Source: Eledone cirrhosa (taxonomy: Eukaryota). Taken from it: a stretch of 64,000 bases of DNA. The stretch's first letter is position 1. Every line of letters starts with the position of its first letter. The stretch is taken from NCBI GenBank assembly GCA_964016885.1, contig OZ024756.1, positions 23,808,001-23,872,000 of the forward strand. The letters run 5' to 3'. The notes under the pieces were generated by a model. It saw only the letters and a list, made by a program, of their open reading frames with translations. It was not told where the DNA came from and made no database searches. Below are positions 25,267 to 38,137 of this stretch, in pieces. Position numbers and translations under genes: made by a program.

Positions 25267-25547
25267 ATAGTTCCCATCTCCCGTTTGAAGGATCTTCCAA
25301 GACCGGTGGGAGCGAGGTATCCTCAAACTCGCTAGAGGTCATCCAAAAGCCGCGGAGTCGTGGTGTTATACCGGCCGACAATGGATTAAGTTGGTTACCC
25401 AAATCATAATTCATAATACTGCCCTGCCGTGTATTCAGCAATTCATTTCTATTAGATCCTTGTTACAAACCTACCACGTCAGGCAATGCTTTGAACGTGT
25501 CAGCTTTTGTTCCATATACATATATATATATTTCGTTTCTGAATTTT

Positions 25548-25905
25548 TTAATCTTTTTCCAGTTAGCCTTGTAGAAGTTAAGGCTGGATAGCGTCCCGGA
25601 GCTTCTTGGTGGTTTTGTCTCTGTTGGTTCTCTTGGACCACATATCATTAGCTCTACTAAGTTATGATCCGAGAGAATTGTTGGTGTCACCTTTACATTG
25701 TGGATGAGCACTTCGTTGTTTGTAAAACAGAGGTCCAGGACATTTTCGCCTCTTGTTGGGAGGAGTATTGCTTGCTCCATGAACAGCCTGTGTGTGAGGG
25801 CCAGCAGGGATTCCGTCTGTCTCTGTTCTATTGATGTCATTCCAGGGAGGAGGTAGCCCTCAGGCCATTTGACCTTTGGTAGGTTGAAGTCTCCCAGCAG
25901 TAGGA
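25548..25905 (-). mobile_element. LINE (CR1/L2-group-like) AP-endonuclease fragment
   Basis: LLGDFNLPKVKW..PTRGENVLDLCFTN..LSDHNLV..LNFYKANW contains the APE catalytic motifs GDFN, LDL and SDH. Truncated by microsatellites on both sides. Confidence 0.85.
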
Positions 25906-26514
25906 TATATATTATGTGTGGGCGGTATATATATATATGTGTGTGTGTGTGTGGATGAATGTATGTATATATATACACATGGGGATTATATGTATATATA
26001 TACATGGGTCTGTGTGTGTATATCTATCTATCTATTGATATATATATATATATATATGGGGTTGTGTGTATTTATATATATATATAAATATATATGTAGG
26101 AGGTGAGTTTTATTGTAGTACAATAAAGCAATGCAGATATCGGATCAGTATTCAATATACAAACCTTAATTTAACATTATTCTTAATTTTTTCTCTTCAT
26201 TAATTTTCAAATTCTTTTAATTTATATATTATCTTCCAACTGCTTTTGAACCTCTCTCTGTAAAACAATATATTTTTCACAGTTATAAAGGTTATCTCTC
26301 TCTTTCTATCACCCATCTCTCCTCCTATCTCATCCTTCCTTATTATACTCCACCCCCACCATTCTTTACTCTCATCTCCTCCTCTTTTTCATCCTTTCCA
26401 ACTCCCCTCATTGTTTTCCCAATATCACACATCAATCTTAAATTACTTTTCATATGTTGATTTAAAACTGCACTATTCACAAGTGTTTTTTAACCTTCAT
26501 ATCATGTCTCCCTA

Positions 26515-26581
26515 TTTTATCTGACGAAAACGCAAATGTCATCGCATGATGATATTTGTTTTTGAAATGCGCATAATAAAA
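26515..26581 (+). ncRNA. Minimal type I hammerhead ribozyme
   Basis: UUUUAU-CUGACGA-AAACGCAAAUGUCAUC gcau GAUGAUAUUUGUUUUU-GAAA-UGCGCA-UA-AUAAAA. Stem I is 6 bp, stem II has 15/16 pairs, stem III (UGCGCA) is palindromic and the core is intact. Confidence 0.8.
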
Positions 26582-26618
26582 TACATGGAACTCTTTTAAC
26601 CATCTTTTGATCTTATAT

Positions 26619-26689
<71 letters not shown>

Positions 26690-26759
26690 GGGGGGGGGGG
26701 TTTACATCTATATCTGTGTATCATGATACTGGCCTGCAACGAAGCCATGCTTCTTTCTA

Positions 26760-27118
26760 ACTGACTATAGCGCGCATGCAAGTAATAAAAACAAAAAAAA
26801 ATAGCGAACGAGCCTCGTTTTAAACGCTCACGTGATCACACAGCATAAATTACATACATACATATATAACGGCATACATGTACACACATACGCTCACTTA
26901 TATAAAGGTCTACGCGTACATACGCACACTCTCTTTCTCATTCATATTGTTAGAAGCCATCTTTGTTTGTTTTAAAATATCGGCGTTTTTGCGTTACAAG
27001 AGAGTTTTTATTTATCTGATAACATCTAGTAGTAAATGCATTGTTTTAGTTAGGTGAATTTTGTTTTTTAGATAGAGCAAATCTAGTAGTTTGCACTGTA
27101 CATTATTTTGTTCTCGTA
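26760..27118 (+). promoter_or_regulatory. Putative PABPN1 promoter/5'UTR
   Basis: Locally CpG-enriched. Contains NRF1-like GCGCGCATGC (~26770), E-box TCACGTGA (~26828) and YY1-type GCCATCTT (~26956). Further YY1-type sites lie in intron 1 (CGCCATTT ~27490, AAAATGGCGG 27541). Confidence 0.45.
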
Positions 27119-30100
27119 ATGATGGCAGATACTGAAAACGGCGAACAGGAAAGTTTTAACATGGACTCGTCGGTAGATGCTATAGGAGTTACGGGAAATG
27201 ATGAATCAGTTGAAGATCCTGTAAGTGATTAATTCTCTCACATGAAGTGCAATTATATATATATTTATCGATGTATATATATATTTATATATAGCTATTT
27301 TCTTTTAACACCTAGAATTTTTTTTGTTGGATCCCCCTTTCTTTGATCGAGTTGGCGAATTCGCCTTTTAATTCCTCTTTTTGTTTTATGATATTTCTAC
27401 GAAGACTTGGCGATTCGAATGTTGCTTTAAATACTTGCAATATTTTCCGAATTATTTTTCCTTCAATGTGTCAATTTCTTTATTTTAGACGCCATTTCAT
27501 ATATATAATATCTATTTTTTGCCTTAACGCATGGACACTGAAAATGGCGGAGAGTAAGATTTATAGCTAAGATGTTTTCGACAAAACCCAGATTTCTTTA
27601 AGACATCACCGTTATATATAGATTGTTGATTTTTTTTCTCTTTATTTTTTTTTCAATATATGTTGGTAACCTTTTTAATGTATAGAAATATAATTATATT
27701 TACACACATGTATATATATAATGAGAGAAAGGTTTTAATTTAATAAAAGCCGGTTTGGCATGCAGAGGTATATATTAAATGTCTTTAAATGTAGCAGATT
27801 TCCTTTCTTTTAAAATATACTTTCCCCTGACTTACTGCAATGTTTGAAAGAAACTCGACCTACCGGTATCTTTGTTACGTTGTTTGAACAATTTAATAAA
27901 AAATGCCATCGTTAAGAATATATCCCTTTGCCTTTCAAAGCTTCCTACATGCAGCTAAAGCTCATATATATAATCTTAGCTTTAAAAATTTATAGATAGT
28001 AAAATGGTTACAGTATATTTTTCTTCTATATATTTTTATTTTTAGGTATGAGCTTATGCTACTTTTTTCAACATCTGCAATGATAATCTTTGGACTATTA
28101 TATATATATATATATATATGTATATATTTAAAGAAGATAAATGAAATAGTTTTCGTTTTGTGTTTTTTATTAATAAAACTATTTTTATTTAGATGATATA
28201 CAATAATATATAGCATCTTATACAAGATGATTGAGATGTTATGTATATTGGTGACAAATTTCCTTTTTTATATATATATATACATATATGTGTGTTGTGG
28301 TTGGGGAAAGAAATTGATACGACATATTTCGTTAAATGGAGATCTAAGTGAAGCGATCAAAGTAAAAAAGATGTTAAAAACTGTCGAATCAGTCGAGAAC
28401 GCTTCCCGAGTTCGAATCTTGGTTATTTTTACACAAAGTTACCTTTTCACGGGGAAGGTCACCAACAGCATTTCTTCTCCCTCCTATCTCTCCACCTCCT
28501 TTTTAAATTAAAATTTCTCTTTGTAAAGCAGCAGTAGTATATATGTATATATTATTTTCTCGGTTTTAATCATAATTTTAAGATTAGTGTAATGATAATA
28601 CAAGATATTCGAATACTGAAGGACATATATCTATCTTTACATGTAGTCATACGTACTGCTGTATTTTAAGAAAGTGGGTTATTTTAAAAATATAATAATA
28701 TATATCTATCTTTACATGTAATCTGATATATATACATACATGCGGCTGTATTTTAAGAAAGTGGGTTATTTTAAAAATATATAATATAACCACCAGGCCA
28801 TTATCTGACTGTCTTTTATACTCACTCCCACATCAACATATTTAATAGAGAAGATCGATGTGAAGAAACTTTGTGGTTCAATAATTGTTAATTCTTAACA
28901 TTGCAGAGAGGTAATAGGAGCAGTGTTATGTAAAGACCCGTTGTTTCTCGATATATACGTATGTAGTTAACGGCCGTGAGAAAAGAATACTCAATACCGA
29001 AGTAGAGTTTGAATATATATATGTAGATGCCAGAGGCAGTTAAAAAGGGTACTCAATACATTGGTAGGGAATTTGCATTTTTTATTTCATATTGTAATGA
29101 CTTATACGGGACTAGAACTGTTTGATTCGTATGAAATCATAAATATATATATATATATTAGAACATAGGTAATTGTTGAAAAATGGAAATGTATTGGCAT
29201 ATGGTTTATTCGCAATATTTTATTCGCCTTAGGTATATGAATTTGACAATAAAATGGAACTAAATGGTACCTAATTTATCGCCCTGTATATTTTAGGCTT
29301 TTGCCATTATGTTAAAAATATATCTATCTAAGCTTTAAACTGTATAATGTTACTGCTGCTAAAATTATATCAAAGTCATCATATTACCTGTGATATAGGT
29401 ATATTTTAAAACGTGATCATATTAGGGCGTTTTTTATTTATTTTTTTTTTAGATCAGGAATTTTAAATATTTTCCCGTATATTTGGACTGTTTAGCATTT
29501 TTTTTTTTTTTTCCCCAGTATGAAAAATATTAAATGTATTCTTTTAAAACTTATCAAGAATAATAGAAAATGCTATAAAAGATATAAGTAATTGCCTATT
29601 TGAAATCATATCGACTGATTACCACTTGTATAGTGCACACACGTGGCATAGCATATTGTGTTTCACAAGTATTTAGGTTGTTTTATGTTGGGTTTATAGA
29701 TAGTCTAACAATGACGTCTGTAACCAAATTCGGCTTCATTACCTGTAATCCAAACTAAATCAGTTTTACATCGGTTATTAAGCTTTGCTACAAGCTGTTG
29801 TTTCTACAAATCATTCGGTGTTGTTTTTTTGTTAGTTTTTTTGTCGCTCGACGTAGGTATATATAGGTGTTTTATGAATATATTATTTTGTTGGCTAGTT
29901 CCACTTCGTTTCTGACCGAGCAGATCTTTATATATATATATACGCACACATATACTGCATTTTGATAGATAATCAAACTTTTCTTCCAAATCGTGAAAGA
30001 TGGTTGAAAAATAAAATAATCCTTGGATGGATTTATTTTTAATTGCTTTTATTGTTAAAAATAATTCTTGTCCAAGGCATGTGGTTGAATTTACTGATGA

Positions 30101-33100
30101 TATAATCGTTTTTATATTTTCTTCTACAGGAATTAGAAGCTATTAAAGCAAGAGTTAGAGAGATGGAGGAAGAAGCAGATAAGTTAAAAGAGTTGCAGAG
30201 TGAGGTTGAAAAACAGATGAATATTGGTGCTATAAGTAAGTGTATTATTTTAGGTCCCTGTTGGGGAAATAGGGTTGCCGAAAAAAGTTGTTAGAGCGTC
30301 GGACAAATGCTTAGCAATATTTGCCCTGCCTTTTTTTACGTTCAAATTTCAAACCCGCTGAATTTTGCATTTAATCTTTCCGGGTTGATAATATAAAGTA
30401 CCCATAACGCAATGGGATCGATTTAATTGACTTTCCAAATTGTTAGTCCTATGCCTAAATTAGAAACCATTATCAAAAAATTGAATTGCTCTAGAGATCA
30501 TCCATGGAGAAGAACTGTGATAAAATACATACCACCTGTGTATTATAGTCATTGTCCAGTATGTCCTTCCTTTTATTACCATATTTTTAAAGGGATTTAC
30601 TGAATTTACCTTTTGAAATTGATGGGTTTATATTAAAAGGGTTAAACTATTCAGATTTGTTAGGCTGAGCTCAAATGTCCTTATTATTATATCCTATTGA
30701 TAAAAGGGAATTTTTGTCCTTATTCTAGCTAGCCCCATCCAAAATAGGGTAGCAGCAATTTGTGGTCAGATTGTTGTGTAGTAGATCGATGTATGACAGC
30801 ATTTAAAAATGGATGTTAAATCTATGATGATTATTTAAGAACAGAAAATTAGTTGTAGTATCCACTTAGAGAAAATGACAGGTGCTAAATCCATCAAAGA
30901 AATTTTTCAGATTCCTTTCTACTGACTTGGATAATGGATGCTTTTTAATTTTGGCATTTGAAGAGGGGGAAAATATTGTTGGTTTTTGTTTGGCATTTGA
31001 AGAGGGGGAAAATAAGTTGGTTTTTGTAATACAAAGTAAGAAAAGTTTTCATCTGTTGAGGGAAAGAAAACTAAATGAAATGATTGTGCGATGATAAAAT
31101 GAGTAATAGATCATTATTTGAATTATTCCTGTGAGTAGAGGAGATAACTCCATGATTTTTCAATGTTATTAGACCTCCTCAGCAATAATTTACCAGCTAT
31201 GTAAAGTTGATATTCATGAACCATTGACTAATATAGACTATTTATTTTCCCGACTTATTTAACCTTGAAATAGTGTATTTCATGACTATCTCTCATGAAA
31301 TACACTATTTCAATTAATTAATGAAGAATTTGGAGGGATTTACTAAGATAGTAACTTAATATAAGAATATAAGGTTCTCATAAAATTATGTTGAAAGATT
31401 CTAATTTAAAATGGAGGTTTTTATAACAGAACCAGAAGAATCAGGTTGGTAACTAAAATGTTAAAACATTCTTTGCATTAGGTTTGCTCACTATAACATG
31501 AGGTGTTTTTCTGTGAATACTTGTAGGTTGTGGTGATAGCTTAAAGTATTTTTCACAAGTTGTTTTGCAATGACTAGAGTTGTTAATGAAAACCTATTTT
31601 AGGTATTAGCAAGATTCAATCTACTTAAGGAAATATATTGAAACAATTGCATTTTAATTTTAACAGCAAATTTTCCTACATATGAAGAGAAACTGGAAGC
31701 TGATCAGCGATCTATATTTGTTGGCAATGTAAGTAAATTCTGATATAATGGTATTGGTATTATGCAGTAGAATCGGTAGAGCGTTGAACAACATGCTTTG
31801 CAGCATGCAGTTGTGACCATTTACATTCTGAGTTCAAATCCTGTTGAGGTTCGCTTTGCCATTCATCATCCTTATGGAGTTTGGGGTCGTTTTAATTGAC
31901 TTTCTCCTCCCTCAATATGTTTGACCTTGTGCCTAAATCTGAAACCATTATTAGTAAGATTGGTGAATTAGCAGTAATTGGTAGAGCAACTGACAACATG
32001 CTTTGTTGCGCCCCTTTACAGTCTGAGTTCAAATCCTGCAGGGGTGAATAAAGTACCGGTAACATGTTTCTTCTCCCACCAAAACTGTTGGCCTTGTGCC
32101 TAAATCAGAAAGTTTGTGGATTGGCAGTAATCAGTAGAGCGTCAAGACATGCTTTGCAGCATATTGTTGCAGCCCTTTACATTCTGAGTTAAAATCCTGC
32201 CTGGGTTAATTTTGCCTTTTACCCTCACAAGGTTAATAAAGTAAAGTACCAGTAACAAGCAGGGGTTGGTTTAATTGACTTTCTTCCACCAAAATTGTTG
32301 GCCTTGTGCCTAAATCAGAAACCATTATTGTAAAACTGAATTGAGAAAGTCCCCAATGATTTGGATTAAAATGCTTTTCAGTATTAGTTCCGAATCTCTG
32401 GGCTCGTTAGTTGTGCCTTTCATACTTTTGCGTTTTGGCAAAGTACATGTCCAGAGCAGTGGATTTGCAGAATTGTTAGTGAATTGAATGTGGTGTTTTA
32501 CAAGCATTTCTTTGGGCCCTATGTTACTTAGCTATCTCACTGGAATTAAGCTGTCAGCATTTACTTAGACTACCATCGGTAGCTTGGAGAGGAAGGCTTG
32601 CTTGCATGGGTGGCTGATGGTTGTTAAGACTTTGTTCAGGCTTGCACCTTGGAAAGGAATCTTCCTGGTGCAAAGCCCTGGCTAGCTAGACATTAAAGGG
32701 GCCTTTGACTCTTAACAATTATACTCTATTTCAATTAATGAAGAATTTTAAGGGATTTACTAAAATTAATTTTCCAGTTCTGAGATAGTTGGATTAAATT
32801 CCTTGCCATTATTTAGTTCAAATCCCATTGAAATCAACTTTGCTTTTTATAAGTAAGTACCTGTGAAGTACTGGCATCAATATAATCAACTGTCCAGTGT
32901 AAGATATTGGAAATCATGGATTGGTTGCTTGGGATCTTTTCAAGTACGACATATATGATAGGCAGTTGACACCACAGGTTTTATAAACAACTTTGTGGCA
33001 GCTGGCATACATATATTTATAAATATATATATGCATACACAATAGGCTTCCGTACAGTTTCTGTCTACCAAATTCACTTGCAACGTATTGGTTGCTCTGG

Positions 33101-36100
33101 TAGAAGACACTTGCCCAAAGTGTAATGCACTGGAGCTTTGCTTGAAATCATGGGTTTCCAAAGTAAACTTGTTTAAAAACGCTACCATACTTGCCTGCGT
33201 CTATTTGTTCATGTATTTGCTGACTTTGATACTGAATGTTCAATTTGATAATTATTTTTCAAGGTTGATTACGGTGCCACTGCTGAAGAACTTGAACAAC
33301 ATTTTCATGGTTGTGGTTCAGTTAACAGAGTAACTATCTTGTGTGACAAATACAGTGGACACCCTAAGGGGTAAGTAACAGTATTAAATGTGTATATCAT
33401 CATCATCGTTGCGATCACAGTTGAACATTCCTGACAAAGTCTCTCCCCCTCTCCACAATTCTTAATTTTCCATTGCTCTGGCAGTTGCTCTGCTCCTTAC
33501 TTGGATTTGTATCATCTGTGAGTTGATTGATGAATGTTCAAGCAGGTCTTCCTCTATTGAATCTCCCATGAGTTGGTTCCCATGATAGATAGATCATTGC
33601 AACCACAGTTGAACATTCTTAACAAAGTTTTTCCCTATCCTATTCAGGATTTTCCATTGCTCCTTATTGGGGTTTGTATCATCTGAGAGTTGATCGATGA
33701 ATGTTCGAGCAGGTCTTTCTCTACTGTTTCCTGTGAGTTGGCTCCCACAATAGGAGCTTGTGTATAACTTCCTGCTTACTTCTTCAACCTTGTGTTGCAA
33801 ATTTTTATAAAGTTCAGATATCCAGCTAGGGAAGTTTCCCCCCACCCCTCAAATTCCATAGGTAAGTCAAAGACTGACAAGTAAACAAAACTGAAGATAT
33901 ATTAATCCTTTTTTTGTCATAAACACTTTAAAATAGTTTTGTCTTGTAGAACCTGGACCAGTTTTCAGTTTATTACAAAAGTTTCCAATCTGGTTTCTTG
34001 GTCTGTTGTTCATTATTTATTTACTTTTAATTTTAGATTTGCATATGTGGAATTTGCTGATAAAGATTCGGTTGGAACTGCTATGGCTTTAGATGAATCT
34101 CTTTTTAGAGCGAGACAAATCAAGGTAGGTAAACTCCATCGTTACATTAAACTTCACTTGACCAGTGGATAAATGGGGCATGGTAGGGTTTTAAAAAAAA
34201 GAAAAAAACCTTTCACACACAACAATAACTCTATTCTAGTTCTGGTGTAGCTGTTAACTAGTTGAGCTATTAAATTTTTCCTTTTAATATAGTAGCATCG
34301 AGTTAGAGGAGGAGTCGTCACCCACCATATAGGTTTTGGGGAAAGTGTATTTTAAAAAAATATACATATGAAAGAAGAAAAAGAAATTTGAAAAATGTTA
34401 CCTAATCTTTAAGGCTAGATAGATTGGGCAATGTGTATCTAATTACTAAACAGAGATCTTGGAAGTGTTATTTCTTGCCTGTTTAATCATGATTTTCAAT
34501 GCACTTCAAAAATGAACTATAATATATTTCTAAGTTGTTGACTTATCAAGCTGCTTTGCAAATGGTGTCTAATTTTATCAGACGCTCTCAAACTCCTTTA
34601 CCTGAACTTTCCCCCCCTCCCCATTTTTGTAGTGAATTGTAAAGATCAGTGATTAAATATGCAACTTTTAAAAATTCTATTACATTCCAAGATCTTTGTG
34701 TTGTATTTTATCTCTAATTCTGCACTGTATGCCTCTTTACATACATGATCATTCCATCATGTTTAGTATGTATACACTGAGGTGCCGACAGATCCTAAAA
34801 AGAGAAGAGACGAGAAAAAAAGATATATACATTTTGTATTTTTGTAAGCTTTCCTGTCAGTATTTGATCTTTCGGCCGTTTTGTTTAGAACAGGTTGGCT
34901 TGCAGATGAGGCTTTGCATTTCAAGAGGAGAAATACTGGTGTCATGAGATTGCTCCAACATAAGAAATTAACTTGAAAAAAAAAATTTTAAAAAAGCAGG
35001 AAAAAAAATTGCTAAAAAAATTAAGATACAAAAAAAAGCTAGAAAAAAGTTAGAAAAAAATGAAAAAAAAGCAAAAAATCTTATTAAAAAAATTTCTGGA
35101 AAAAAAAAATAATTTTTGGCGAAATGAAAAATGGGGCGTTTTCTAATACCAGCTACTTGTGTAAAATTGTGGAATTGGTGTTGGATGTCTGCCGCTGAAG
35201 TGCCACACATTGAAGGTAAGCCTTAGTTTTAACATAACCCCAGTTGTAACTACTCTACAGACATGGCCTCTTGTAATTCTGGCAGTGTGTTTGATATTGA
35301 TCTCAGCTCGGCTGGCACTAAGCCTTTTTACGTGTCTTGAGCTTCACTGGCTGCTGCTTCCATTTCCAGAAATTCCATCAGTTATTAATTTTAGATATGT
35401 TAGAAAGAAAGAAAAACTTAGACAGAGCATGAGCTTATTATTCCACGTATATTTTTGCTATGCTCTTAATTTTAAAAATTACAAAAAGAGACTTAGAAAA
35501 AAAAGTGAAAAGAAAAGAGAAAAAAGCAAACAAAAAGCTTATATTAGATTCAGTGTTTAAGAAAAATAAGTTGCTTAGAAGTTAAGGTAAAATACAATTC
35601 AAGATGGCAGCTTTTTTTTCTGATGGATGAACATTTTAAAATATGTATACCTACATATATATATTTATATATTTATCTATATATAAAATACTAAAGGCAT
35701 AAAATATCTTCCAGAAAATAATACTTGAAAAATAGCAAGAGGAACAAAAAAAGGTAAAAAAAAGTGTGATGAAATCTTATTAAATGCAATTTTTTTCTTA
35801 TTTTTTAAAATTATTATTATAAGGTTTTCATTTCAGAGTACAGGTGAGTAATAAGAGGCTCCAAAAAAGGTTGACTAACCAAGTCCTCTGTTTAATTATC
35901 TTTCACTTTTGACACCCATCCCTTCATTATTTTTTTTTTTTTTTTTAGTCTCTTCATTAAGGCATTTATCATTACTAGTAACTTTTTTTTTTTTTATTCT
36001 TCATTAAGTCATCATTGTAGTAACTTTTAATTAATTATTATTATTTCCTAAGATTTAGCTCTTCTAAAATCCTGGACTCATTTACTTTCCATTTCACGGA

Positions 36101-38137
36101 GAAATTTCAAGAACATTTCAATTTTCTTTCTTTGTTTTTCTGTCTACTTTGTCAAAAAGGTAATGGCTAAGAGAACAAATAGGCCTGGCATCAGCACTAC
36201 AAACCGTAGCAGAGGGCGTTCTCGGCGAGGGAGTTATTTCAGAGGTGGTGGCATGGGTTCTGGATATTATCCTTATGCACCAAGATCTAGGCCTAGATAC
36301 AGGTCAGTGTAATAATAGATTGTACTTGCAATATATTAGTTTTTATTTTTTTCTTTTTCTTCAACAGTTCAAGGCAAGTATGATTTAAGTATCTCACTTT
36401 CATTGTATTATCACAGAATGTAAACACACACATACATGCTCATATATATATATATATATACATATTGATACACTTTATATATATTCACATATAAAAAAAT
36501 ATACATATGCATATAAGTGTTGTGAATGCAAATAAACAGCCTTATATGAATATGTATATTTTTTTCACTGTTGTTTATTGATTTAAATGACAGTTCATTT
36601 CATGTCTTAAGAGTATCTTAACAAAAATTTTCTGTGAAATCATTCATTATAAAGTTTATAATTATATAAAAATTGTTTATTTTTGGATTATATTCCATGT
36701 ATATATAATCCTAACTTTTATGGCAAACGATAAATTAAGGCTGGAGTCAACATTGGAAATGTTAATAATTTTTGAAATATTAATTTGGCATTTTACATTT
36801 GTGTATCAAAGATACTCTTAATTTACCTCTAAAATATCTGTATATTTCCAAACTGCTTTTGGTGCTCAAATATGGTTACGGGCCTCCGTTGCTCTGAAGT
36901 AAAACAATCAAGTTAATTTGTAAGTGTTTAGGCAGATAGTTAACAGTATTTGGACTTGAAATCTCTTCATTGTTCTATTATTTATATGGATTACTTAAAG
37001 CTTTCTTTAAATAGTGAGTATTTTACTTGGCTGCTCTATGTCCTTTAAACTAGAACAAGAATGATTTCAAGTTCAAATTAAGACCCAAACAACATTGTCA
37101 AGAGGAAAAGCTCTTCAAAAATATTCATTTCGCTCCTAAATTATTATTATTACTTTTTTTTTTTCTCTCCTGCTGTTCCATTGCCTTAATTTTTCGTGTG
37201 CTTAAATTTGGCATTTAAATAAGTCAATCCTAAGCTGATGTGACATTTCAATCGATAATTAAATTTTTAATATTTTTGAGATTGCTATTGACACTTTGTT
37301 GTTTGGGTCTTCTTCAGATAAAGATTATACATACACCATCTTTCAAAGTGAAGCTTCAGACAGGATTGTACCATGTGAATCTCCACAGTTTATGGCAACT
37401 GTCATTTTGTTTCCAAGGCACCCACAGCATCCAGGTGAATGACTTTGTGAATTGTGATGATGTGAATATATATATATATATATTTATATACCATATTTGA
37501 TGGCTTATAAGACACACCCCAATTTGGGCAGGCATTTTTTTAAAAAAATGAATGGGTTTAAACTATGAATGTCAGGTGAAAGGTGTAAAGTTTGTACATA
37601 TTTTTTTTATTATTCTACATCGTAGTACTGGTGATTTACACTGTAAAGTGGTTGGTGTTGGGAAGGGCATCCAACCATAGGAATTTTGCCAAACAAGGTG
37701 TTACGAGGATCCTTCAGTTTAAGTCAAGACAACTTCTCTGCAAGTGAATCAACCTCTTCAGTCTGTCTTGGTTTATATAGATCTGTCCGACCCTTGTTAA
37801 GTGATTGTATCTATTGTTGTAGAAGCGATCACCACCTTATTTGCAAAGATGTTTGTGATTTAATTTATGGGCCACTGCAGCACTAGAACTCTACTAACCA
37901 GTAACCCAAACTGATTCTGGACGATGCAATTCAGGGGGAATTTCTGAGATGATTTGGAAAAAAACGTGCATCTTATAAGTTGTCAAATGCGGTATATCTG
38001 TTTATCTATGTATGTAAATATATACATATATTTTAAATTTTATTTCAACATAAATTCACATTTGTGAGTATCCATATATACTTTTATATTTTCGTTTCAG
38101 TCGCTTCCGGAGGTCGCTTTGGTACCACCCTTACTGA
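27119..38137 (+). CDS. PABPN1: Polyadenylate-binding protein 2 / nuclear poly(A)-binding protein 1, 214 aa, 7 coding exons
   Basis: Exons 27119-27220, 30130-30235, 31667-31728, 33264-33370, 34037-34124, 36160-36302 and 38101-38137 are all GT-AG with consistent phases. Protein: acidic N-terminus, coiled coil [21 protein letters not shown] ([28 protein letters not shown]), [11 protein letters not shown], Arg/Gly-rich tail ending WYHPY*. Confidence 0.97.
33400..33760 (-). mobile_element. Two tandem RTE-group LINE 3'-end fragments in PABPN1 intron 4
   Basis: [14 protein letters not shown]-like peptide occurs twice (33405-33595 and 33595-33750), with a (GAT)n tail on the minus strand. Confidence 0.55.
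34894..35215 (+). other. Candidate poison exon of PABPN1 containing oligo(A) tracts
   Basis: In-frame acceptors at 34860 (TTTCCTGTCAG) and 34893 (TTGTTTAGAACAG), stop TGA at 34945-34947, strong donor AAG|GTAAGC at 35216. Confidence 0.5.
35837..35843 (+). other. Candidate 7-nt frameshifting microexon (AGTACAG) of PABPN1
   Basis: TTTTCATTTCAG|AGTACAG|GTGAGT: a consensus acceptor and donor 7 nt apart. Confidence 0.45.

Noticed and set aside
34968-35560. Phe-rich minus-strand ORF and Lys-rich plus-strand ORF
   Set aside because: By-products of the oligo(A) tracts; no protein-like features.
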